A stretch of 63,699 nucleotides of DNA, counting the filler, from Octopus bimaculoides (lineage: Eukaryota), in the NCBI RefSeq assembly GCF_001194135.2. It is 4 parts of 4 records of this genome, joined end to end, with 100 filler letters (N's around TTAATTAATTAA, not from the genome) between each part and the next. Parts side by side here need not be neighbours in the genome. Positions count along the whole stretch, not along the records: positions 26,625 to 51,705 come from NC_068982.1; positions 51,806 to 62,254 come from NC_068985.1; positions 62,355 to 63,699 come from NW_026419596.1; 1 more part is not named here. One strand, 5' to 3'. Shown piece by piece: positions 51,359 through 63,699 of this stretch. Position numbers and translations under genes: made by a program. Under the pieces are notes generated by a model that made no database searches, was not told the DNA's origin, and was given only the letters and a program-made list of their open reading frames with translations. Numbering within the stretch: the first letter of the stretch is position 1; each line of letters opens with the position of its first letter.

Positions 51359-51705
51359 AGGGATCTATTTTAAAACGGGGGCGCCAGTATTTTCTTAACG
51401 AAACACTTTGAAACTTGGGACACTGGTAGAATGTGTCATATAAAACATCTTTTACTCTTAGTCTTCTTAACAAAAAAAAAAAGGAATTTGCAAGTTATTC
51501 CATGTTAAAGTTGTCGTATTTCTGTAATTTCAACCAATCACTGACGTCTATTCAGCTCAATAGACTTACTGCTGGGCGGTCATAAAAAAGGATCTATTTT
51601 AAAACGGGGGCCACAGTTTTCATTAATGTTTTACGTAGTGTTTTTGGTACCGAAAGACTTTCAAACTTCGTATACTTATCTATTTTGTGTTATAGAACAG
51701 AAAAA
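51359..51705 (+). mobile_element. Two head-to-tail Tc1/mariner-like non-autonomous ends
   Basis: GGATCTATTTTAAAACGGGGG at about 51361 and again at about 51590; second copy matches 20098-20210. Confidence 0.65.
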
Positions 51706-51749
51706 NNNNNNNNNNNNNNNNNNNNNNNNNNNNNNNNNNNNNNNNNNNN

Positions 51750-51761
51750 TTAATTAATTAA
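51750..51761. other. Assembly linker TTAATTAATTAA in a 100-bp gap
   Basis: 44N+12+44N. Confidence 0.9.
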
Positions 51762-51805
51762 NNNNNNNNNNNNNNNNNNNNNNNNNNNNNNNNNNNNNNN
51801 NNNNN

Positions 51806-51885
51806 CACAAGGCTTTTGTCCAAGGTGCCACGCAGTGGAATGAAACTGGAACCATGTGACTCAGAAGCAGGCTTCTTACCACCCA
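51806..51885 (-). mobile_element. SINE family B head
   Basis: CAAGGTGCCACGCAGTGGAATGAAACTGGAACCATGTG...GCTTCTTACCAC. Confidence 0.8.
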
Positions 51886-52029
51886 GGTATACATACACAC
51901 ATAAATACACGCACACACACACATGTATATATACATAAACACACACCACATATATACACACTAATATACATTTAATGTGTGTATCTGTGTGTGATATATA
52001 TACACATTTACTTTTATTCTTTTGTCCTT

Positions 52030-52398
52030 TTATTTGTTTCATTCATTTAACTGTGGCCATGCTGAAGCACTGCCTTTAGTCGAACAAATCGCCCCCAGGA
52101 CTTATTCTTTGTAAGCCTAGTACTTATTCTATCGGTCTCTTTTGCCGAACCACTAATTTACGGGGACCTAAGCACACCAACATCAGTAAAAAAGCGATGG
52201 TGGAGGCACAAACACAGACACACAAACACACAAATACATACATACATATATACGACAGGCTTCTTTCAGTTTCCGTCTACCAAATCCACTCACAAGGCTT
52301 TGGTCGGCCCGAGGCTATCGCGGAAGACACTTGCCCAAAGTGCCAGGCAGTTGGACTGAATCTGGGACCAGGTGATTGGGAAGCAAGCTTCTTACCAT
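52030..52398 (-). mobile_element. SINE family B, full length
   Basis: TTTAGTCGAACAAATCGCCCCCAGGACTTATTC...GAAGACACTTGCCCAAAGTGCC...GGAAGCAAGCTTCTTACCA. Confidence 0.9.
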
Positions 52399-52682
52399 AT
52401 TCTGTTGACCGACCAGCAAGAAACAGCAGCCAGACAGATCGCATCAGGTTATGTAGACTTATGTTCACCTGTAATGATGAGATGGTCACGTTTGGCTGCG
52501 TCAATGATATCAGAGGTTATCTTAGGATAAAAAGCAACAAGAACAATAAAAGAATTATCGCTCTATGTCTATGCATACATACATGCATCCTCAGTAATAT
52601 AGTCTTAGTAAAACAAAGAATGAAACTCGAACTCAGTACAGTTACATTAAAAATATCCATCCATCTACGTTTTATTTATCTG

Positions 52683-52715
<33 letters not shown>

Positions 52716-53380
52716 TATATATATGTGTGTGTGTGTGCGTTTGTGTATCTTTTGTATATATATNNNNNNNNNNNNNNNNNNNNNNNNNNNNNNNNNNNNN
52801 NNNNNNNNNNNNNNNNNNNNNNNNNNNNNNNNNNNNNNNNNNNNNNNNNNNNNNNNNNNNNNNNNNNNNNNNNNNNNNNNNNNNNNNNNNNNNNNNNNNN
52901 NNNNNNNNNNNNNNNNNNNNNNNNNNNNNNNNNNNNNNNNNNNNNNNNNNNNNNNNNNNNNNNNNNNNNNNNNNNNNNNNNNNNNNNNNNNNNNNNNNNN
53001 NNNNNNNNNNNNNNNNNNNNNNNNNNNNNNNNNNNNNNNNNNNNNNNNNNNNNNNNNNNNNNNNNNNNNNNNNNNNNNNNNNNNNNNNNNNNNNNNNNNN
53101 NNNNNNNNNNNNNNNNNNNNNNNNNNNNNNNNNNNNNNNNNNNNNNNNNNNNNNNNNNNNNNNNNNNNNNNNNNNNNNNNNNNNNNNNNNNNNNNNNNNN
53201 NNNNNNNNNNNNNNNNNNNNNNNNNNNNNNNNNNNNNNNNNNNNNNNNNNNNNNNNNNNNNNNNNNNNNNNNNNNNNNNNNNNNNNNNNNNNNNNNNNNN
53301 NNNNNNNNNNNNNNNNNNNNNNNNNNNNNNNNNNNNNNNNNNNNNNNNATATATATATAATTATTATATATATAAATATA

Positions 53381-53421
<41 letters not shown>

Positions 53422-54914
53422 GATATAACAAGAATTTATCTATAGAGCGCATATGGATGTACACGTATATCGATGCTTATATAGATATGTAACTTAGTAA
53501 GTATGCATATGTATAGAATATCTATGCGTATCTATATATGTAATATGATACATACATACATAATACATGTATATATGTAATATAATACATGTGTATATAC
53601 GCATATATGTTTGTGTGTGCGTGTATGTATAAGTTTATGCGCGTGTTTTGTGTGTGTATGTGTGTATGTAACTGTGTCTGTGTGTGTACTGTAAATAGTT
53701 GTTTTACATGAAAAAAGAGATTATATGCCTGTTCTTATCTAATCTTTACGCCAATGATCAAAAACCGTTAGAATATCCAGCATGTTACGGGTTAGAAACA
53801 TCACATACATGTATGTGCATGTGTGTGTGTGTATACAGCTATGTATACACACTGCATATACTGTATGTACTATATCTCATTTTAAAATCTATTAGACATA
53901 CTAAATATGACCGTTGTTATAAACGTCGAAATAATTATAGTTAAGCATAAAAAGCATAGAGACCCTGCGCACGTGCCTTTCTGATTGGAGTACACCGATA
54001 AAGTTACAAATAAGATGCTAACCACAAATTTAATTTAAACACAGATTTCATGATAGAGCGTAATATTGCTCAAAATATATACAATACAGAGAAGAACAAA
54101 ATAACTTTGTCTCGTTTTGCCACAATCACTCTGCGCTATAAACAACTTNNNNNNNNNNNNNNNNNNNNNNNNNNNNNNNNNNNNNNNNNNNNNNNNNNNN
54201 NNNNNNNNNNNNNNNNNNNNNNNNNNNNNNNNNNNNNNNNNNNNNNNNGATTTCAAGGCCTTCCCAGATGAGTGACTGGTTGTTCTAAGACATTTATATT
54301 ACATATAACATATATATACTACTCTTGCTCTTTTATTTGTTTCAGTTAGATGGCTGTGGTCATATAATATATATACATATATATAATATATATAAATACA
54401 TATATATAATATATAAAAATACAAATATATAATGTATGTAATATATTTATATTATATATATATATGTAAATATATATAAGATATATAAATATATATATTA
54501 TCAAAGTCCTTGGCTTACAAAGGATAAGTCCTGGAGTCGACTTTGGCGACTAAAGCGGTGCTACAGCATGGCCACAGTCAAATGACTGAAACAAGGAACA
54601 GAATATATATATGTATATATATGCTCATGGGGAAATATTATCTTACTTGGAGATGTGGAGGTTATGGAGAGGAGGGGTATATAGCCAGAGAAAATTCACC
54701 TCTACAAATTCACCCTGCCTCATGGAAGTTGGCAACAGTGGACATTAAATGAGTTCTGGAAAAGTTGTTTTATGTTTGTAGGTTCTGTCATACTACAGGA
54801 ATGAATATCTGACACACACACCCATACATACAGATAAAATATATGTATAAGAAATATAAGAAAATAGAGATTAATCAATTAATAATTATATTTATTAATT
54901 GCAAAAATAGACAT

Positions 54915-57900
54915 AATCCCAACATCTGTTTCGATTCAGATTTTAAAAATTTTAATTGTAATAATTAAATCAATATAAAGTAGAATCTCGGAGGTAGAAA
55001 AAAAGATATATCATTACATTTTTATGTATTAAGTGTTTGGAACATTCCAGCTGAGTATTGTTTTATGGATAAATTTGGTATAGACCTTATAAAGCAGGGA
55101 AAAGGGTATATATGGAGAAAGAAAATAAATATACAATATATATGATATACTCTGGGTAATCATTAAAAAGTATAAAGATAAATAATTTATGGTAATTAAC
55201 TGTATTTAAGTATTGTATTAATATTGGGGTAAATATGTTTATAAAAAGTAAGTAAGAAGGGTGTAAAAATACGATATGCATCGAGTTATAGATATATTCA
55301 TATATATTTGAATGCATACATAAATATACATGCATTCAAATATTTATACATACATACAAATATACAAAAATAAATGGACACGTAAATTATCGCATCTTGC
55401 ATATGCACTTATATATATTTATACATTCACACATAGTAAATGCATGTAAATATCTACAGAAATGACATGCAGAAAAATTGTATATGTAATTGTTTAAGTT
55501 ATATTTTACTATTTAGCTCTAAAAATTTATTTATGTTCAAATAGAGTTCAATAAAAATACAAGAGTAAATAAATAAATAAAAATGTATTTATTGTATGTA
55601 CTTATTTTGGTAAGAAAAAATGACACCCCTAAATCTATTTTGTATTAATCAAATAAGTTAAAGAGAGTCTATTGGTCATGTTTTAAAAATAAGTAGCATT
55701 TCATTCATTTGGGGGATCGTTAACGGTAATGTAAAATATAATAAATAAAGAAACAAGATAAAAGAATGGAGTTAATGTTATGTGTATAAAACATGAGAGC
55801 AAGGAAAAATCTCTTATACCAAAGAAAAAATGTTATAGCTTTTTAGTTTAGGGGATAAAATGCTTAAGTATGCAAAAAAATAGTGGTTAAAGGGAGGTAA
55901 ATATCGATAGTTAATTTATCTTATGAATTATAGAAAATATAAAGAAAAAAATAATTATACATAAGAAAATGTTTTTATATAAAGGTTTGAAAAATAAATA
56001 TATCTATATATATATTAGTTTAATAAATAAAATAGTTGGGTAAAGAATAGTAAGGTAACGTAATACATAGGAGGGGGAGAAAGTAAATATTAATAGTAAA
56101 TCTAGGAGAGAGAGAAAAAAGTGTGCAAATTAGTATTAATTATATTTAATGGGGGAATACAAATTAGCAACATTAAATGTAGGAAATTAGGTTAAAATAT
56201 ATTAAAAGAAAATGGGAAGAGATATAATGAGAGATATAATGTTTCAATTTAGGTATAAAAGTATTTTTCAAAGTAAATTGAAAAGAAGGATTATTTTTAG
56301 AAAATAAATCTAAATCTATAGTTAAAATATCAAAGTATGGTATTGATAATAGAATACTATATGGGCACTATTAATAAGTAGCTTAATCTATCAACGATGT
56401 AGTAAATAAAAGGTTATGGGTAAATGTAACTATAGTGGTGAGAGAGGTAATTAAACTCTTATCTATTTATGTATACTTGGAAAATACATATTTTCCCATG
56501 TATAAACAAGAAATATTTCTTTTGTCTCTTAGGTTAAGTAGAGGGTATTTCACTGAAAAAATGAAAAATTTCTCATTTAAACAAAGAAAGCATTTTTTAT
56601 TATTAGCTTTATAAGAGGGTGCTGAAGCTATTATATCCCATTTAATATTAAAATTTATATTGCTATCCTTTAGCTCCCAGATGAATTTGCTTAATCCAGT
56701 TGAGTTGGATCTATGTTTATTTCTAAATGTATATGTGTATTTGATAGGGGAATGTTATTTGTTAATATAGTGTTATTATGTAAGATTATGTTGTTAGGAG
56801 ATGTATTATTATCAGGGTTATTCAAATTAATAGGATGCGTATTGAGTACAGGGGAGTAAAGGTAATTATTATAGGTGTTTCTATTTAAGTAGACTTTGTC
56901 TAGTTTCTTATTGTTTATAGAAGATATAACAGTAGCTAAGTTATGGCTTAAATTATATCCAATATTAATAGTTTTATTATTAATTATTTCATAATATCTG
57001 TTATTAGTATTAAAATCTTTATTAACAATCATAAAAATAGATTTTACTAAATTGTTTTTAATTTGTGTAGCAAAAGGGATTATTAGTTAGACTTTATTAG
57101 ATTTATCTGTGTTATTTATTATAGGATTTTTGGTTGACTATAGTATTCATTAAAATTATAAATTATTTTACTATTATTTAACTCATTTTTATTATCTGGT
57201 GTAGTATCTTTATTATTATGCTTAGCATTTTTAGTATTGGTTACAGTTATATAATATTATTTCTATTATTTATTACATGTTTATATTTGTTTTTTATTAT
57301 AATTATGGTTTGTAGATTTATCCTTATTATTTATAGTTTTTTCTTAGTCGGATTGTGTAAATTCTCAGTTTTTATATTTAATTTATATTTGGTTGTGTTG
57401 TTATTGTTACTATTTGGTATACAATATTTATTTTCTCTTTATATCCAGCTTTAAGTAAAGTAATATTATATTGGCTCATATTTTTATTAAATATATCCTC
57501 ATTAGAAGATAGATATGATATTCTTTTAATAATATTATAAATAAGTGCTTTTTCTTATCGATCTTGGGTGATTGCTTTGGAAAATGTATGTATTTTAAGT
57601 TAGAGTAAGGTTTTTTTAAATGTTAATGTAGACCAGTTGCTAAATTACAATTGGCATCGAGAAAATTTATAGAGTTGTTTTCTCTCTCAATAGTAATGGA
57701 AAGGTCAAATCTTTTAAAGAATTTATATAAGCACTTTTTAATTAATTCAAGATGTCTATTAGAAATATTTTTTACTATGAAAAGAGCATCATCTCTATAC
57801 AATCCACCCCCAATTTCTGGGAATTCTTCATGTAAGTTTGATAGAAGGTAAATTCCCACAAGGTCAGTTACTTGGGCTGAGTCTGGCGTGCCCATTGCAA

Positions 57901-58135
57901 TATCAAAACAATTGGGGTGTGTCTTTTCTGGCCCATTATTTATCAGATTCAATAATAGATCTACAAGCAGTAAGTATAACATTTATTTCTTTCATATTAA
58001 TATTAGTATAGTTTCTAGCAAATAAAAGAGCACTATTTAACAGTAGGATTTATAAAGGTATAGTAGTTTTCAATATCTATCAGTAAGAATTTATATTTAT
58101 CTTTATGTTGAATTCTGGAAAACCAGCTGATTGTG
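54915..58135 (-). mobile_element. Penelope-like retroelement, 5'-truncated: RT, linker, decayed GIY-YIG and long AT-rich 3' region
   Basis: ORF 57623-57982 FDIAMGTPDSAQVTDLVGIYLL...GGGLYRDDAL...INFLDA (PLE RT, YRDD). ORF 56691-57032 YYEIINNKTINIGYN...NLATVISSINNK (cf. FN.NT+K+SYS...N..+ISSHN). RT core is solid; the 3' boundary is inferred from a hammerhead-like remnant. Confidence 0.75.
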
Positions 58136-61100
58136 TTTTGTGTTAGACCATAGTTCTAGTGTTATTTCATTTCTAAGGGTAGGCATGTATTCATTTAAAA
58201 TAATTTTACTAAATCTGACACAAGAACGTAGAGATAAAGTAAAATTGACAGTATTCATTCAAGTACTCTATTTTAGAAGTCTATCCCCAAACAATGATTA
58301 TCAATTGCTCATAGATACAATTACAATTAAATATATGAGAAAATAAGTGAAAGAGTGATTAGATAATAAAGTTGACTTTACTGGTTTTCACACTCATACA
58401 CTGATAGTTGGAGTTGCCATCTCCAAAACTACTGATAATTATACCTAATGATATCTATATCTAATGTCACTGTCTTACTCAATCTCACACATTGCCATTA
58501 TTTGTCTCAAACCTCATCATTTTCATGGCTACTATGCATATCTGTACTACATACATCAGTACTCTTTAGATGCTTCTCAACTCAAGGCAATTCTATTGTA
58601 CTCAACATTGCTAATATAACCAGTAGCAATGGATCTTTTCTGTTCACCAGACATTATTATCAATATATTTAAGGAAGCCACTTCACTTACTCCAACCTTG
58701 TCCCCGACACTTCTTTATAACATTCACTAACACAAGACCTGCCTATTCTCCATTCTCCTGCCACCATTTTCATCATTCGGCCCTATCTTCAAGCCTATAT
58801 ATAGATAGCTACACAAAACCCCCTTCTCGCCCTTTCCTCTTGTAATACCCATTACTTCTCCGTCATTCTGCCATCATACTCTTGCCTATTTTCCCCCGCA
58901 TAGCCTGAGTCACACACATCTCTGCCACCTTCCTGACATCTCATTTATATTCACTTGAACATACATATTTATCTCAGAATACTGAGTACTCTCATTACAC
59001 ATCTATCATATCTCTCTCATCACTATCATTTATGCTTCTATAACTAATGTTTCTCACTCTTTAAAGAGACTAGTGAGTGAGCAAGGACAAGATGTTGTTA
59101 GTTCCCTTTAGTCTTGTCAAGTACATAGCTACATATCTAGTGTTGGTGCCATGAAATAAAGGTACTCAGTACACTATAAAGTGGTTGGTGTTAGGAAGGG
59201 CATCTAGTAAAATACACTAAACCATCAGGATGAAACACAAAGCATGAGGAGTTCCTTGAATCATCTGGTTGAGCATTAGCTGAACACATGCCAAGTGACT
59301 GTTAAACTTAAGCCAGCTTATCAACTACATAGACAGGACACATTATCTTTATATCTCAACAAGGAAAGCCTCTATGGAGTAGGTCAACCAGCTAAAAAAT
59401 AAAATAAAAAAAAAACAGCAAAATTTCCTTTGAATAACACTATCTTAAGAAAGAATATGAAAGGCATTGAACCATGCATGTAATATTAAACAATGATTAA
59501 AAGGGAAAATCACGTTTAGATTGTCTTGATCAATACTGCATCCTTGTTGGACTGACCAAGGATTAAAGAACAACCCTCCAATGTAACCCATTTTACCCCA
59601 TGCATGCGAGGCAGTTGCTACCCATCCAACTGTACACTAAGGAAATGTGTTCAGAGCCAAAACATGGCTGTATTTAGGTTTGAACTCACAACCACGTGGT
59701 GAGTAATTACAACTTAGTTTCAGATTTTAATTTTAAGAGGCTAAGTTAATGAAATCAAACAAGAATAAGTACATGTTGACAACAAACAAATGTACTTTAA
59801 GCCAAAAGCGGTGACATGATGTGATTGCCCAAAGTGTTCTTTTAGTATTTAAAAAGAAAATTATTTTATGGCAGATGTTGATTTCAGACGAGTCTTCAAT
59901 ACGAGATTTCATATATTTGTTCAAAGACTGCAATATCAATCAAGAAATTATTCGTCGTACACAGTATTGTGTCTGGTTAATTTTTACATTCATAACAAAA
60001 ACAGTAAATCGAAAGGACAAAACCCAATATTTACATAAAGGTAGATTCTGTTGTTTTCTCATTAAAATACAGCTGAAAACCTTTGGTTTTTCACAATTTT
60101 TTTAAATGTAATTTCTACTTATCTACTTCATTACTATTCGTAATACAAGTTCGATATCAAAGGAATGAGACAGAATAGCAACATTTAAGTGTGGAATTTC
60201 CAGAAGTATGGCTTTATAGGTTGATTTACTACTACTCTGTACCTATCGAAAACAGCGATAGCTTAACGGCAATAGTAATATATTCTACATTTTTGTCTAC
60301 ACAGTGGAAATACTTGTAAATTACGGGTGGGTGTATGGTAGTTATTTCCGACATCAGAAATGTTGAAGAACCAAAACATTTATAAATGGAATATCAGCCG
60401 TTACAAGAATTTAAGGCTGCAAATCAGGAAAAAGAGGTGACAAACGAAGAAAATTATATATCTCTCCTCTAAGTGCCTGGCTATTTAAAGTCTAATTACC
60501 ATTAATTATGATGTTTGTTTTGTTATATAAACGCGAAGTCAGTGAGGGTACTAGCCCCAGGACATTAGCAGTAATTATTTAAATAAGTAATTTAGCAGCA
60601 CGGAAGAAATTAAATGTAAGATTTTACACGGGAAGAAACCTCTAGACCTTTTAGGGATTTAAATGAAATAAATAAATGCCAGCACCAATTCACCTTCATT
60701 AAAGATGATTTCTCTTTCGTTAGACAACGGGGAATCCTTTATGTAAAAGATTCCTCGTTGCTGGAAATAGCAGCAAAATCTCATTACACCGGATTTTAAA
60801 AAGTAGAACACGTCGGACAATGTAGTCCTAAATATACAATAAAAACGAAATTGTCATAGTTGGAGGTCTTTAATCAAAAACATGCTTTATCAAGAATAAC
60901 CTGGGGCTATCATGAAATTTCATAAATATATATCAACTTCATATCTTTTTTAATCCTTACATAACAGTGTTGCTGACAAGTCGTTAAGGTGAAATACTAG
61001 GTAATTAACATCATTCGCAGTTAACAACCATCGACGTAATCTCAAACTAATAATGGTCACAGTTCGATATTAACATCTATTTCTTGTATGATAAAATTGT

Positions 61101-61149
61101 GAAATTAAATGGCCCACCATCATCAATGATATTAGAACAAGCCACAAGG

Positions 61150-61320
61150 ATACCAGTTTGCGTAAAGCGACTTCAGTACAAGCCTGGCAGTGATTTCAGC
61201 GAACACCCAGGCCCTTATTTCAGCGACCCCAAAGGATTGAAAGACAAAGTCGAACTTTATAGAATTTGAACCTAGAACATAACAAAACTAAATGTTAAGA
61301 ATTTAGTTCGGCGCTTTTTT
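61150..61320 (-). mobile_element. SINE family A, degenerate
   Basis: CCCCAAAGGATTGAAAGACAAAGTCGAACTTTATAGAATTTGAACCTAGAAC. Confidence 0.7.
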
Positions 61321-62298
61321 TAAAATCGGATTTATGTTCTACCGACGGTATATACATATATATCTTGCTCCTAGACTTTGATACATGAACCATTTAACTG
61401 CAGATGTGTTAATATTATTTATGCGTCGAATACAATGTTAATATTGATGAAGAATTAAATCAAAAACAATTAGAAATTTCAAAGAAATTAGAGGGGAAAA
61501 AATGATAGGAAGAACAGGAGGGGGGAGGTAAACATGCTTACATGGTTGTGAAGTGGCTTACATTAGAGGTAAGAATGTTCTTCCAGGAAAATAAAAGATG
61601 AAGAGTTGCGAGTCAGTTGCTGCTGCTGGAAATGTGATTGGACAACTGAATCCACCCCTCCTACCGCTTGTGCGACCTCTTCAGCTGATATTTAAATAGG
61701 TTGACGGCGGTACAGAGCGACCAGCTTGAACTATTAACATTCATCTCCTTAATTTTCCTGTATTTAATAAACATTTTGGTGGGGCTAAAATGAACCTACG
61801 TCTCTTACCTTCATTTATTACATGTCTTATGCGAAATCTGTGATGAGCCTGAGTGACGCTGATGACCTGGAGTCACTTCTGATTATATATATATAGGTAA
61901 ATTGAAATTTAGAGGAACTTAGCACTACACACTGAATCGTGGCAAGGTATGGAAGGTTTTCGGAGGACCGGAGAGATTATGTCTGGGTGGAGAATTATAC
62001 GAGGTATAGTACTATACAGAATACCGAAAGGATCTTCACCTCTTACATCACACCTTTCTTCCTACTTCAACGCCGAGGTGGTATAATTTCCTGGGAGAGA
62101 AATAATTTTGCGGCTGAGGATAGCTTTACATTGTAAATTATACACATATTATATTATACACATGTAAAGCTTGAAACACGTGTACCGCGGAATCCTTTGT
62201 AGTTTTGTTGTTATTTTTGGGATTTACAATTTATATATATATATATATATATATNNNNNNNNNNNNNNNNNNNNNNNNNNNNNNNNNNNNNNNNNNNN

Positions 62299-62310
62299 TT
62301 AATTAATTAA
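62299..62310. other. Assembly linker TTAATTAATTAA in a 100-bp gap
   Basis: Same construct as 26569 and 51750. Confidence 0.9.
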
Positions 62311-62354
62311 NNNNNNNNNNNNNNNNNNNNNNNNNNNNNNNNNNNNNNNNNNNN

Positions 62355-62389
<35 letters not shown>

Positions 62390-62519
62390 TTATGCGTTTC
62401 AGCCAAGTGGCTATGGTCGTGCTGGAGCACCACCATGATTTTCCCTCTTTATACTGGCTCTTCTCCGCCAGCTGATGTAGTCCAATCAAGAGTTTCGATG
62501 GTACATCTCGTGTATAAGA

Positions 62520-63535
62520 GAATTTGACATCGCTACCCTCAAATGTGTCTCATTTTGAGCCATCGGTTCGTTTGGTATCATGGATAGGAAAGTGTCAAGT
62601 TTTGATTTGAAGACCTCTACATCCATGTCTTGCAGGTCTTTGAATTGTTTTGGCAGGGCATTAAAGAGCCGAGGTCCTCAGAAACCGAGGGTGTTGCAGT
62701 ACCTTGTTCTTATGTGATATGCAGTGGCTGGTACTATGCAGTGGCGAGCTGTGTGGGCATTCGTGTAGAACTTGATGCCAAAGTTTGGTACCAGTCCTTC
62801 CAGTATTTTCTATATGTAAATTATTACATATCTCCCTGCCTGCGCTCCAGGGAGTAGAGACTTAGTGCCTTTAGTCGCTCCCTGTAGTTCATATGCTGGA
62901 CTGTGGCGATTTTTTTTTTGTATAGTGACGCTGAATTGCCTCGAGTTCTGCTGTCAGCTTGACATTGTGTGGTGACCACTACTGAGAGCAATAGTCTAGG
63001 TGGCTCAAAACAAATGTCTTCCAAAGAGTCAACATAACTTTTTGATCACTTGTGCTGAAAGTCCTTAGTACCCACCCTGCCAGTTGTCTGCACTTTGCCG
63101 TCAACTTGACAATGTGCATGTGAAATGATGCATCACTACACATGCTGATGCTCAGGTCTCTCACTTTTTGTGGTTCTAGGATTGTAGTACCTCCAGGTCC
63201 TGTGTATGCTAGTTGGGGGGCATTGTGGCCTTGTAGTGCAGTACTTGAAATTTTTTAGCATTGAACCGCATATTATTTTGCTCTACCTACTTGTATATTG
63301 CATTTAGGTCATTCTGCATGCTTATGACATCATCAGGATTCTTTATTGCCTGAGATAGTTTTGTGTCGTCAGCGTAGCTAGTGACAATGGCTGTCCGAGA
63401 GACCGTGGGCATGTCCAGAAGGGCTAATATGAACAGTATTGGCCCCAGAATAGTTCCTTGTGGAACACCACTCAATATTTGCATTTCCCTAGATAATTCT
63501 CCATTAGCTGTAACTGTCTGACTTTTACCATTCAG
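62520..63535 (-). mobile_element. CR1/L2-type LINE RT C-terminal fragment
   Basis: SGVPQGTILGPILFIL...SYADDTKL...QNDLNAIY...NMRFNAKKFQ; RDLSI...RTF...LWKTFVLSHLDYCSQ; LEAIQR...MNYRERLKALSLYSLERR. Confidence 0.9.
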
Positions 63536-63699
63536 GAAGTCTATATATATTTTGAGTTGCTTTTCCTCGCATTCGGTAAAAAAAATGTGTTTATTAGGGA
63601 AGTCTAGTGTGTGGCATTATTCTGTAGTAAAGCCCTTATTTAAATATAAATGAATAATTATATTCTTGGGAATAAAAAAATGATGGATTTTTCCCTTAT

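Noticed and set aside
59860-60105. ORF 59821-60105 with an AG|ATG acceptor-like site
   Set aside because: No donor with a consistent frame and no recognisable domain.
61939-62136. GC-richer 65-aa ORF
   Set aside because: Non-ATG start, no splice signals and no recognisable motif.
1-63699. Prokaryote-type systems (CRISPR arrays, operons, defence islands)
   Set aside because: No regularly spaced repeat-spacer array or dense ORF clusters; the sequence is metazoan TE-rich DNA.

Overview
Eukaryotic, AT-rich, repeat-dense intronic/intergenic DNA from a draft assembly with many N-gaps. The tRNA-derived SINE families and the LINE mix look like those I recall from Octopus (cephalopod); this is recognition, not a database match. 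Only one convincing host-gene exon is visible: a minus-strand, splice-bounded exon (27725-27906) encoding an EF-hand resembling the KASH5/LRMP(IRAG2) N-terminal domain. The rest is decayed transposable elements: two SINE families (more than 15 copies), Tx1/L1-type ORF1 and 3' fragments, R4/Dong-type and HERO-type restriction-endonuclease LINEs, RTE, CR1/L2-type RT, three Penelope-like remnants, hAT, Tc1/mariner, Merlin, MULE and Helitron remnants, plus microsatellites. Best second-look items are a near-intact hammerhead ribozyme core (38681-38738) antisense to a Penelope RT remnant with three more decayed hammerhead-shaped motifs, the EF-hand exon, a resolvable RTE > Merlin > Helentron-type nesting, and a Helitron 3'-end/5'-end junction. 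Long ORF-track entries made of X are gap artefacts. No rRNA, true tRNA genes or CRISPR arrays were seen, and I found no clearly novel multi-gene system. TE boundaries are approximate unless exact motifs are quoted.
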